From assembly GCA_003427395.1 (NCBI GenBank), contig BFEA01000018.1:5506808-5570807 (forward strand): a stretch of DNA of 64,000 nt. The letters are read 5' to 3'. Under the pieces are notes generated by a model. That model had not been told where the DNA came from. It made no database searches and saw nothing but the letters and a program-made list of their open reading frames with translations. A program made the position numbers and the translations under genes. Below are positions 37,399 to 49,018 of this stretch, one piece after another. How positions within the stretch are numbered: the stretch's first letter is position 1; each line of letters opens with the position of its first letter. This DNA comes from Chara braunii. Lineage: Eukaryota > Plantae > Charophyceae.

Positions 37399-40300
37399 TC
37401 AGTTTCTTCTCATAATCTGCCACGATCTGAGGAGTTGTCTTGACAAGTTCCTCCTTTGAAATCCATCGATTTTCCTTAGGATCAGTATGATGCCTGAAAT
37501 GTACTCCGTATTCCCTTGCAGGTTAAGGAGGTCTTCCCCCGCCAGGTGGCTTGGGAACAAGCGCGTCTCTGTGATCCAGGATGTCGTCGACGTCCACGTG
37601 GTCATCCATGGTTGGGGGCAGCATAGATCTCAGTGATGGGAACTGTGCTGTCTCAGCAAAAGGAGCAAGCTTGGAGGCGTGGAAAGTAGCGTAAGTGCGT
37701 AGGTGACCTGGGATACGAATGATGTACGAGGGACCATCCAAATCATTCCCCACAATACCCAAGACTTCCCAGGGACCGAAATACTGAGGCATTAATTTCC
37801 TAAAGATGCCAAACTCCTGTCCCAACTCACTAGCTTTGACCCAGACATGTTCCCCTACCCGAAATGTAGACTGTCGACGTTTCTTATTTTCAGAAGCAAT
37901 CATTGCCTCTTGAGATTTCTTGATGTGTTCGACAGTCTACTGCAACGATTTCTCGTACTGGAGACCAAATTCAATGGTTCCAGGAGTTGCAGCAGTTCGG
38001 TTTTCAGGCAGGAGGAAGTCTAAAGCAAATCTAGGCTTCCATCCCAGATGCAGCTGATTTGGGGTGACCCCTGTAGTGTTGTGTACAGCGTTATTGTACA
38101 GACTTGCGATGAGCGGTAACTTCTCATCCCAGTCATCCTTCCTGGGCTTGATGTAATGCCTCAGCAGATGCTGCACCATACGGTTCATCTGTTCAACCTG
38201 TCCATTTGCTTCGGGATGATTCTCATAAGTCATCTGAAGTTGGCTGCCCATCTGTTCAGCGGCCTTCTTCCGCATCTCGTTGGTGAATCGCACATCTCTA
38301 TCACTAGCGATTGTCTTTGGTAGCCCGAAATCACGCACCCAGTTATCCATAAATAACTTAATGACATATTTGGTCCTGGCGGTTTCCGGCATGGCAACTA
38401 GTCTAACGAACTTAGTAAACTTATCCACTACGAAGAAGATGTGTCGCTTGTCATTCTTGTTGGTCACGAGAGTATCCATGAAGCCCATGGAGATGCTCTG
38501 CCCTGGGCCAGCAGGAATGGGTAGAGGTTTGAGTAACCTAGGCGGATTTTGGGTCCGCGACTTGTCCCGCTGATAGACCTTACAGGTCTGTACATACTTC
38601 TTTGCATCATCTAGCATGTTGGGCCACCAAAATCGCTGTACTAAGTTAGCACTAGTCTTCTTGTAGCCGAAATGTCCCGCTGCGTCGTGGCATTCTCCTA
38701 AAAATAAACTACACAAAATCTCCCTAGATGGAACAACTAACTTTTTAAACCCTGCCTTTTCAAGAAAGAGTAACCCATCACCATCACAAACTCGTCAGAG
38801 GTGACCTTGTCTTTGGCCTGCAGTTTGTTGATGATGTCCATCATGATGAGATCTTCCTTGTAGGCTTCCTCCAAAGATCAAGTCACGTCCTTAGATAAGC
38901 CAAACTCAGAAATCAACGCACCTAGGTAGTTTGCCCTTCTAGACAACGCGTTCGCAACCTTGTTGTACTCTCCCTTCACATAGTCTAGTTTGAAGTCATA
39001 TTGACCTATGACTTCAATCCATCGTTTGAGTGCATTGAAGAGAACTGGTTGGGTCTTGATCCACTTGAGGGTCTGATGGTCAGTTCTTAAATAAAAGAAC
39101 CCCCCTAACAGATAGTGCCTCCAGTGGACAAGTGTCTTGTAGAGAGCGTAGAGTTCTCTTTCGTAAGTGGACTTTGGCACTTTGCCAACTTCTTTGATGG
39201 TATCTTTTTGCTCATGTACTCGACCGGTCTCAACTTTTTCCCTTCCTGCTGAGCCAGCACTGCGCCAATGTCATATTGGCTTGCGTCAGTGGTAACAACA
39301 AATGGCCTCTGCGGGTCAGGCACCATGAGAACTTCATTGTGTGTGAGAGCATGCTTCAAACGCTTGAAAGCTGCCTCACACTGGTCGGTCCAGTCCCATG
39401 GTGTGTCAAGTCGAGTTAGATCAGTCAAGGGAGATGTAATCGTGCTATATTCTTAACAAGATTGCGGTAATAACCACACATTCTCAAGAATGATCTGACC
39501 TCAGTCACAGAATGGGGTTGTGGCCAGTCACATATGCTAGCCACCTTTGCATCTTCGGGCCTAGTCCCATTCGCGGATACTTCATGACCCAAGTACAAGA
39601 TTCGAGTGCGACCAAACTCGCATTTCTTTGTGTTTATCTTATACTTGTGTTGCCAAAGGAGTGAAAGTACTTCGTCTACATGTTGAGCATGCTCCTCGAG
39701 AGTTCTACTAAAGATAAGTACGTCGTCGAGGTACACGACAACGAACTTATCTAAGTAGTCATGAAAGATCCTATTCATTACGTGCTGGAATGTACCCGGC
39801 GCATTGCAAAGATCAAAGGGCATCACCACAAACTCGTACAGACCGTACCTGGTCTTGAATGCGGTTTTGTGTTACTAGTCCTCTGGTCTTATGACAATTT
39901 GATGGTGGCCGGATTTTAAGTTTATCTTGGTATAGTACTTACACCCCTGCACCCTATCCAATAGGTTGTTGATGCGTGGTAGAGGCTCTGCGCTCTTAAC
40001 GGTGATGGCATTGAGGCCTCTATAATCATTGCACATCCTTAGTGTTCTCTCTGAGTCTTTCTTTGGAACAAATAAAACTGGTGAGCCAAAGAGGAAGTTG
40101 TTAGGCCGAATCCACCCCTTCTCCGTGAGCTCTTTCAGTTGTTGTCGAAGCTCGTCCAACTCGGTCGAAGTCATCGTATATATTCTTCCCTTAGGTGTTT
40201 TGCTACCTGAGATGATCTCTATGGCATGGACAACCTCCATGTTTACGACTCTTGTAGGCTCATCAAACAGATCATGGTACTTAGCGACGATGGTTTATAT

Positions 40301-41060
40301 CTCTGGGTGTGTTTTAACGGCCTCCCCGTTTGCAGAGACATAGACTAAGTGCATTCCTTCCTCTTGGTTCTGTTTATAATAGTTATAGAACGCAGATGCG
40401 CATAAGCACCCATAGGAGTGTATTAACCTACTGGCTTTATACTTAGTCTAACGTTCCTCCCATTAGTCAACTCGTGCTTCAACACCTTCTTGTCCCAGTC
40501 AAACTGGGGCTTGGCAACCTTGAGGTAATACATGCCCAACAACATGTCAAAGAGCAAATCGTCGCTCACCGGGAATGATATCTTATAGCTTATCTCTCCT
40601 CCTGGGTAGGAGAAAGTGCAAACTACATTTTTAACGTAGTCCTCCACCAACATGCGCTCTTTGTTAGCCAAAGTAGATGATACCGGTCTACTAAGGCGCT
40701 GCACCCGGTCTGTTAGGCGCAGTCTATCAACGCAGTCGCGACTTATGAAGTTTCGTGTGGAGCCAATGTCTACGAAGGCGCCGCACTTGCGACCACCCAC
40801 ACCAACTTCCACAACTAAGTGTTCCCCTCTAGGACCTCTACTTAGTGCCGCCCAGGACTCACCAGGGTCCCCTTGCGAACAATCACCTTGAAGGTCCTCT
40901 AAGGCTTCAGACACATCCAACGTACAGAGTATAGTTGGGTCCGGATGCGTCTGCGGGGTGACTAAGGAGTCAATAGCTTCGGCCAACTCTTGAAACGGGG
41001 AGGGTACATCACCCGCTTCAACGAGAGTCGAAGCAGCTACAACTTCTACCGGTCCTAAGT
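37399..41060 (-). pseudogene. pol: pol of element 2 (PR, RT, RH, IN, chromodomain; fragmented)
   Basis: [84 protein letters not shown]. Chromodomain start VDVDDILDHR. Confidence 0.95.
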
Positions 41061-41067
41061 GTTTCCC
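41015..41067 (-). promoter_or_regulatory. -1 ribosomal frameshift signal of element 2
   Basis: GGGAAAC at 41067-41061 with a TAG stop in its 0 frame just after. The -1 frame is open (HLGPVEVVAASTLVEAGDVPSPFQEL) into ORF 40986. Hairpin GCTTCGAC/GTTGAAGC lies downstream. Confidence 0.7.
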
Positions 41068-41999
41068 GAGCTGGAGCTCGTAGAGGCCCCAGACTGAGAA
41101 GGATGATATCCACCCTTAGGAGGGATCTTTTGCGAGACCTTCGGGTTCTTGCACTTAAACTGTGTATGGTCGTACTTGCCACAGTTTATGCAAGTACCAC
41201 GCGACCAACGGTCTCACCACACTTCCTTATCCAAACCGGCCATCACCCAAGCAGCTATTTTGTTTGGGTTGGCGGCTTGGCCCTGACTCCTCTGTTGACC
41301 TCCCTTGTCGCGGCCACCTGCCTTAGTTTTAACTACAGCGGCGAGGTTGCTACCCTCAGCACACTCCTTGTCGTCTAACTTTGAACCCACCACAAGTTCA
41401 GGAACATCATCGATCTTAGTTTGATTCTCTTCAGAATCAACCATCATCAATCGATTACCCTTCTTCTTCCATTCCTATGGAGTCTTCTTCTTTCTTCGGA
41501 ATCCGTCTGTAGTGGGGGTTTGAGCACCACCCAGCGTAGCCTCTAAGTCTAGGGTCTTCTTGCTGAATGTCTCAAAGGTGTGATACTCTCAACGAGCCTC
41601 ACTAGCTAATAAGTTATTGATGTTTGTAGGAAGATATCTCAATAACATGGTCAATAAGACCTGTGGATTGTACTTCACTCCTCGAACGACAATCAGACGC
41701 TCTACGGTCGTGGTGAGCTCTCACACTACCTTGTACTTCCGAGAGTCAAGTTTCAATAACCCATCAGTGATAATCTGCGCCTGTTGAGGGTTGTGTCATC
41801 GAGCCTCCACTAAATCCATAAAGCTTTCTAGGGTGTGGGTTTGGGACCAATCACCCATGTTTCTGTTGAAACCCTTTGAAGCTACCAATCCATTTAGTCA
41901 GCGAGCTGTTGAACCCTCTACGTAGGATGCAGCAGTAATCACTACCAATGTTTTTTTTGCCCTCACTCACACTGGCACCGTTCTCAACCACATGTCGAG
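41061..41999 (-). pseudogene. gag: gag of element 2, C-terminal part
   Basis: LDMWLRTVPV..ITAASYVEGSTAR is homologous to element 1 gag; Zn-knuckle remnant near 41170. Confidence 0.8.
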
Positions 42000-43047
42000 A
42001 GCCCTGAGAAGGTTGGAGGTGGTTTCAAGGGGGTCTTGGGGTACCAAGGTAATTGTTGTCTCGTTGTCGATGCAAATACCCTTACAAGGGTATCCGCCCT
42101 GGTTTTTGCAAAACGACAGAAAATAAGTTTCGTTTAAAGTTTACGTATTCCGCGCGAGGCGCGTCAGCATCTATGGTTTATGTTGGTTGGATGCTTGACT
42201 AGGGTAGAGAGTGTGTGGGCGCACAGATTTTTGAGGCGCGCGTGATCTTTTTATTTGTTGATGATTGAAGGGTCAGCGTGATCGCCGGCCAAAATTCTTT
42301 TCTTCTGATTAAACAGGGATTAAAAGGAATACGTCTCGTTGATTAATGTGCTTACTTGTGACATGTGCGTACGTGCGGAGGACGACATCCACAACAATGT
42401 GACTTCTGAAGGAGTTTCGGTAGCTCGGTGAGTCGTGCAGTGTCCGTTTATTTAGGCGTCCGCCAGAGCTAAAAATCAGACTTGGGCCTAGCACTAGCGA
42501 TTATAGTATCCGACTTTCATGAAGGGGATTCAGGGATCAAGAATCGAGCGGCGGTGATGCGGGGTTATCAGAGTAGCACCAAGGAACCGAGGGGTTGAGG
42601 GCCCGGCGGGGCTATCCCTCTTGGTTTTGTCGTTGGCGGCGTCAGAGCGGTACTAGCGGTTCCTTTCTCCCGTCTACCGTCTTCTGACGATTAGGAGTTT
42701 CTAAAATATCTTTATTTATTTGTCATTTTATTATTTTGCTCCGGTGTTCCTCACCTTAGACGCGACACTGGATTCGGAGGTCGTCATGGTCGTCAAGGAT
42801 CTTGAGCACGCGCCTCCTTTAGCGGGTCCGTTCGGGTTCCGGCGTGCTAGGGCGTTGACAAAGATTCCTCTATCTTGCCTGTCGTGAAAAAACTGGGCCG
42901 AGGAGTCCGACGGGCATGCGAGCCGACGGGTGATTAGCCCACGGTCCGGAAGGAACTTGAGTGGCGGGATCTTTCTGCAGGAGCACCATCAGTTCCCCGC
43001 CGTCCGCGGTGGAGAGGTTGGGTATGAGTGTGCCCACGGGACGCTCG

Positions 43048-43160
43048 TCCACTTCGGACTTCAAAGTTCTCATTTGAATATTTGCTACTACCACTAAAAG
43101 ATTTGTGCCGGGACGTTTCACCTAGGCCCGCGCCTGGGCACATAGCAGACCCGCGTCCTC
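43048..43160 (-). rRNA. LSU (25S/28S) rRNA fragment (pseudogenic)
   Basis: Reverse complement contains GTGGTAGTAGCAAATATTCAAATGAGAACTTTGAAG, a highly conserved eukaryotic LSU segment. Confidence 0.85.
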
Positions 43161-43319
43161 GGTCCCGCGACTTGCTATGAGAAGCAGGGATAAGGCTTGT
43201 CCGCTGAGAGGCTGAAGGGGTGGTGGGGCCTGGTTGAGCGGGGCATGCCAGGGGAGATTAGAGGAGAGTGTGAAGGAGGTGGGGGTGTTAGTGGTCAAGA
43301 CGGGCCCGTTGTCAGCCGC

Positions 43320-43392
43320 TGGGCATAGGGCTGAAAGACTGAGTCGTACAGTAGTTGGTTCCCTCCGAGGTTTCCCTCAGGATGGCTGGAGT
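43320..43392 (+). rRNA. LSU (25S/28S) rRNA fragment (pseudogenic)
   Basis: GAAAGACT..AGTAGTTGGTTCCCTCCGAGGTTTCCCTCAGGATGGCTGGAG matches conserved LSU AGTAGCTGGTTCCCTCCGAAGTTTCCCTCAGGATAGCTGGAG. Confidence 0.8.
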
Positions 43393-45874
43393 TTGGGCCG
43401 AGGTCGGTCACAGCGGGGCGCGCTGCCGGTGGAGCGGCGCTAGCAAAAAGGGAGATCAGCGGTATATCCCGAAGCAGCGGGCAACGGGCCGGAGGAAACA
43501 GGCAGAGGGCAATAGCACAGGAAAGCGGGGCGCTGTAGGGACGATGAGTGAGGAAAAGGCAGTGGAGAAAGGGAAATGAACCCCGATGGGGGGCGGTGTC
43601 GGGTGCGTGTAAACGAAGATGAAGATGGCGGGTTGAGAACTCGGGCGCAGCAGGGGAGTGGGAGCGCAACCAATTGGGGATGGATCCGGGGAAAGAGAGA
43701 GATGGCCCCGGGGGTTTTGACTAAGGCGAATCCAACACCGAAGTCAATTTTAACTAAATGTTAGTAGGATGGGAGCTATAACGAAAATGGGGTGCGCACT
43801 GACCGTCGAAGAACGAGGATATAGTGGAGGAGAAGGCTAACAGCAAACCCGATTCCTAACAGAATCAGGCAGGGAAGGAATCGAAATGGGGGTTTTCGGC
43901 CATCACGAATGCGATGGCGGGATTAGTTTTGGTGCTAGGATGATGGTTAGCTCGGTATGGAGGTGCTACGATGAAAACGAGCGAGTGAAGATGGGATTCC
44001 GATGTTCTAAAGCAGGGCGAGTTGGATGACAGCGGCGGATTTAGGCATTAGTGGGCGGTTTCAGCGGTATGGGCAATGAAGGCTGCGCGGGAAGGGAGCC
44101 TCAAGCTTGCGCAGATAGAGGCAATGTATCTTTCCGCGTTTTGGATAGAGGTGTGGGGTCAGTTGCGGGGATTGGAGACTTACCTCTTGCCTAGTGCATT
44201 GCTCAATATGTCGGTGGGAGCAGCCTTAATCGATCTCGGTGCAGAGGGGGGGGGAAGCAAAGATCGTAGAGTACAGCGAGAAGTAGATGTATCTTCCCGT
44301 ATTACAACGGAAAATTCATTCAGATTGTGCTCGTCCATATTAGTGGGGCATGACCACTATTTGTCCCCGGGCTTTAGCGGGAGACCCGTTCTTGTTTAAC
44401 AGGACCGGAGTTGACGAAAGCATGAGGGATGATGAGAAGTAGGAGTAGAGCGTGAGGGGGAGAGGACGTGCGAATACCTGGCAGGCTGAAGAGTCCACGC
44501 TGGGTGAACCAAGGACCGAGCTATAGTGGCAAGCTGCAGTGTGCTCGGCCCGAGTTTTTGCAAGGATTCACTTTGAATCTGCCCGCTTTGACGTTCGGGG
44601 CAATAAGTAACTACGGGGTGGACAGTGGGATAGGACAGCTTACCTGGGTTGCCGCAGACGGGAAGTAAAGTGTGCAACCACCGAGCAGTGCGAAGAGAGC
44701 AAGGACAGTATGGAAGAAGAGAGGAGACGAGGCCTTTCTACATTCCGGTGACGGATCCATTATGGGTTATATATCCCACTGATGGAGGGAGCGAGGAGCT
44801 AGCTGCAAAGGAGGAGACTTACCCGTTAGCCTGTACACCAAGCAAGAATGGAAGGCTATCTGTCTAGTCAGTGAGCTGTTCACCGGGGAGGTAAGCGGCA
44901 CGACTGCAGAGTTCTTTGTTGGCTAGCGTGGCGCCCGCCTCACCAGTCTGCGCAGCGACAAGGTAGTTGCAGAATTGCAAGATCCCGCTGAAAGGAGTGA
45001 TAAGGAGAAAGAAGGGAGGCGCTGTGTTTTATGCCATTGCCCCATGTCTCAAGTTGCGGCTGTGGCAGTACAGGTCTCGAGCTTTAGTGGAGCAACAAGG
45101 GAACTAGCGGGGGAGTTGCAGGCCTAAAGGCTTACCTGCTGGCCAGTGTGATGCCCAGTTCGTTGGGCAAAGCTGCAGCAGACGAGCCGTGGGGACGGCA
45201 GGTCGCTGCAGATCTGTCTGTTGGTCGGGGTTATTGGAGTTACGGACGGTCTAAGCTCGTGAATGAGGGTGTCGCTGTGAGCCTGGAAGATTACGGGAGG
45301 ATCGACGGTTGGCAGTTCGGCGTCAGTTGAACAGGTTGCGGTGTGTTTTGGCTGCCATTGCGGGGCCCTCAGGCGTACCAAGGCAACAAGGCCCTCTCAC
45401 GCGAGTCCGAATGCAACTCCCTTGGATCTGAGAGACTCAATGATTCTACTTCTGCTTCTCTAAGTCTAAGTCTAGTCTATTGGTTCTGAGAGGAAGGCGG
45501 CAGGCGGGATTGCAACCCGTAGGACTGCAGCAAGACTCTGTGGGGAGTCCACCCACCGACTACCGGAGCTCTACCGAAACTCAGGAGGAGTTCTGGAGGC
45601 AGCGAACCGAGAGGTAAAGGTTTCGCTTTCCTTCTATAAACTCAGTTATAGCCCACTATCTGTATTTTTTATTGTGTTTTGGCTAAGTATACTGAGTGCA
45701 TCCCTACTTTGTCTTTTCAGTTTGACTTTCAAGACACAAACCAGACTAAGTAAAGGAATGCATGCGCAATGGCAGTTTCAGTTTTGTCTGTCTATCTGAA
45801 AGAAGATTATAACAAAGGGTTGCATCAGGGGGAAGGTTGGGAGAAAGGCAATTTTGTTTACGCTTGAACGGGTC

Positions 45875-46655
45875 TTATAGGGTCCGGCATTGTTTCTAAG
45901 ACGAATGGTCTAGCTGCTGTGTTTTGTTCTGTTTTTTGAAGGACCAAGCATTGTTTCTAAGACGAATGGCCTGACTACTTGTTTTATGGAGTATTGATTG
46001 ATTAAACTTTGAGGACCAAACATTGTTTCTAAGATAAATGGTCTGGTCGTTGTTTAATTTGGGTGGTTTTTGAACAGTCTCTGGGTCTTGACTCAGGGTA
46101 CTCTGCTTTTTTTAGTGCTAAGAAAAAAGGGTTGAGCATTGTTTCTAAGACGAATGGCTCAACTCTTTTGGTTGTTTTATTCTGAGGGGAGGTTCAGGCC
46201 AAAGACTGGACATTGTTTCTAAGATGAATGGTCTAAGTCTCAGGCCAGAGGATTATAATGTGAACAAAGGAATATGACTTTCTATATGTCTATATTTATA
46301 TGATTATGAGAACAAGGCTAGCCAGACATTTTTTCTAAGATGAATGGTCTGACTATAGCCCTATGACAAATTAAGAGAGTATAATTAAGAGCTATAATTG
46401 AAGGTAACTTGGGTCGGCTGAGCATTGTTTCTAAGATGAATGACTCAGTCCTACGCTCATTCTTGAAGATTAAGTTCAGAGAGATATACATAACTTGGCT
46501 ATTTAAACAGATCAAGGCGACTAAGCATTGTTTCTAAGACGAATGACTTAGTCATATGCCCAATGAAGAAAGAAGTAGTTGTGCAACCTGTTTCTGTATA
46601 ACGAAGGCAAATAGTTGGCATTGTTTCTAAGACGAATGGCCTAACTCAATGCCCT
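45875..46655 (+). repeat. Array of 9 interspaced 20-nt repeats (CATTGTTTCTAAGACGAATG), each capping a stem-loop
   Basis: Cores start at 45888, 45949, 46021, 46137, 46211, 46327, 46423, 46526 and 46619. Spacers are unique, 41-96 nt. Flanks of each core are mutually complementary (weakly in copies 1 and 2). Confidence 0.9.
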
Positions 46656-46934
46656 ATGTAAGCTGGGTATAAAGGGATAAATCATTGAAAGACTATGAAC
46701 TATTGTTTGTCATAGGTGATTTGGGTTCGTAAGAGTACTTACCTTTGTGGTTTGGCCTGCATGAGACTGAGTGCGACTACTACTTAGTCTGAGTTTCAGT
46801 TTGACAGGTAGTTGTTTTAGAGGCTCGCCATGTGCTAGAGCGATAGGAGTTAGTTCAATTTTTGTATTTTCTTAGTTAATTTTATTTTACTTAGGTCAAT
46901 TTTCGCATTTTTTTGGAACATTTATTATACATGG

Positions 46935-47355
46935 GCTTGTATAAATCTTGGTAAGCCACTTTCTCTACGGGAAGCGCTGCTAAAATTTCTGCAAAACCAA
47001 GGAGTTAGACAAATTTTAAATTTTCAAAGTTCAACCTGTTTAACTTTCATATATGACTTAGTAAAAATTTGGGAAGTCTCCTTTCCTAAAGGGGGTGATG
47101 CCCAAATTTTTACTAATTCAATGGAGTGAGACAAAATTGGACTTTGGAAAGTTGACGACTATTTATATTTTCATACTAAGGCTGATATAGATTTTGGAAA
47201 GACACTTTTCTTACGGGAAGCGCTGCCGAATTTTTTTTAGTTTAAAGGAGTTAGGTTATATTTTGACAGGTGGCAATGCTGGCGATCCACTCAGTATAGA
47301 GGAGATTCTGCCAGGGTCTACCTTTCTTTGGGTACTTGCTTAGAGGTAGATTTAG
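46935..47355 (+). ncRNA. Cluster of long stem-loops with a shared apical motif
   Basis: Perfect 16-bp IR TTAGTAAAAATTTGGG/CCCAAATTTTTACTAA (47058-47116) within a ~130-nt hairpin. Motif CACTTT..TACGGGAAGCGCTGC occurs at ~46957 and ~47203. Confidence 0.55.
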
Positions 47356-49018
47356 GCTTAGTTAATTAGAAAGGTTTTGAGTGAGATCGTGATATGGAGA
47401 TTATTCTCTATTGACTTATAGATCTAGCCTTGGGATTGGTCTGTCTTGTGTTGCAGGTCCTCTTGATCGATTGATTCAGGATTTGGGCTAGATTCAGCTT
47501 AATCCTACGAGGATCATCTTCTGTTACCACTGATAACAGGTCGGTTGCCGATTCATCAGTTTACGACTCAACTCCAATCCACTCTTGTCACTCAACCTAA
47601 AGACTTTAGCCTTGTGATTTGAACTGTTTTGTTGTGTCTTCGCCCAGACTTTATTTGAATGGTTATTTAACGAAGGTACTGAGTATTTTATTTTGAGGAG
47701 TTGCATAAGAGTGAGGCTTGCATGGCTAAAGCGAGGGGTGTGAGTACAGCGAATGGTTGGAGTTGACTCCGTGTAGTGTGTGAAGTTTTGTTGGATCTTT
47801 GATGTGATTGTAGGTATATTTGTAGTTCGGATTCTGGATGTGACTGCCTGTGATCACATACTTATATATGGCTGAGAGGAGTCTCACTGTGACTGTGAGA
47901 AGTAATCGTCCTATATAAATAACCCTTATATATATTTATATGGGCCTTGGGTATTCGCGTGGCTTACCGTGATCGCGAGTAAGGGTTAGACTAATTATGT
48001 TTTGAGAGAAAAGGAAGATTTTTTTTTACCCTTTGCTTTTTAGAGTTATTATATAGTTGGACGTTGTAGTCCGTGGCAACCGTCAAAGTCAAACCCCTTG
48101 ACTTATCTCAAGGGCCTAGATCATGGAGTTGGTCTTCAGGACCATAAGAGACGATTGTCACCACATGAACGAACCTGTGTACCACCCACTCTCCGCAGGG
48201 TGCAGAAGAGGGTGTGGTTCTTAACCGCACTTGGCGGTTGTCTGGCGTCCAGAGATTAACCCTCAAGGCGCGTGTCAGCCGACACGTGAGTGTCGAGCGT
48301 GACCCTCGATATTAACGAGGATCGAGTGAGTATGGGTACTACATAGTACGCCATCATTGTGATCGCTTGCGTACGCTTGCATTGCGAATCGATATGAGTC
48401 AGCCATGCGCCCGTGCGGTTTTATACTAAGTCTCGTGCGCTACGCCTATCCGATTTCCGCATCAGAAAGTTATGGGATGACTACTAAGGGACTAGGAGTG
48501 TTGTCGTTTTGTTTGTCCTCTGTCGTTTTGTATATGTTTGTATATATGTATGTGTTTTTATTTTTATGTTATTTACAGTGGTGTGCGCGTGGCGTGTGGG
48601 ATACGTCCTAGTCGACCGGCGACGAGTCGCGTTTGGGACCTCAGCCCCCCAAGATGTCGGTTCGCGTGCGGGTTCGATAGAGGTGTACTACCGTGCGTAC
48701 CCCCTGTGCTACAGCGAACGAGAAACGCCCCCGGCTGGTCCACCTCTGCGATTGCAACTGATAAGCTTTCGTATTGTGGACTGGTAGCTCGGCGGGGATA
48801 CGCCGACCGAAGGGAGGNGATAGCTCTCGTAAGTCGTGCCTCGCGTAGGCCCTATCCTATCGTAGAGGCTCGCGGGAGGTATGGCTGGCACACTCGGTCG
48901 GAGCGGCTTGCGGAAGCTCCATGTATATTCGCGACGTGGAGATAGACCAACTCCTACGTGATGCGACCGGGAGGGTTCCACGCTGCCTTGTACGGTGCCG
49001 GAAACGATGCGCATGACA

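Larger units (their letters stand above)
42001..49018 (+). mobile_element. ~7 kb non-coding or decayed insert in gag of element 2, probably a partial retroelement
   Basis: Gag homology stops at ~42000 and resumes at 49019. The right junction ends ..CATGACA (LTR-like CA end). No TSD, and part of gag appears to be missing. Strand is inferred from G-U pair bias in the hairpins. Confidence 0.5.

Noticed and set aside
43048-43392. Functional rDNA locus
   Set aside because: Only short, diverged, non-colinear fragments in opposite orientations.
45875-46655. Bona fide prokaryotic CRISPR array
   Set aside because: Spacer lengths vary from 41 to 96 nt, the spacer ends pair around each repeat, there are no cas genes and the context is a eukaryotic retroelement. 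Kept as a novel hairpin array instead.
47530-47562. Minus-strand CTGATGA plus TCGG/CCGA stem
   Set aside because: No GAAA box after the stem.
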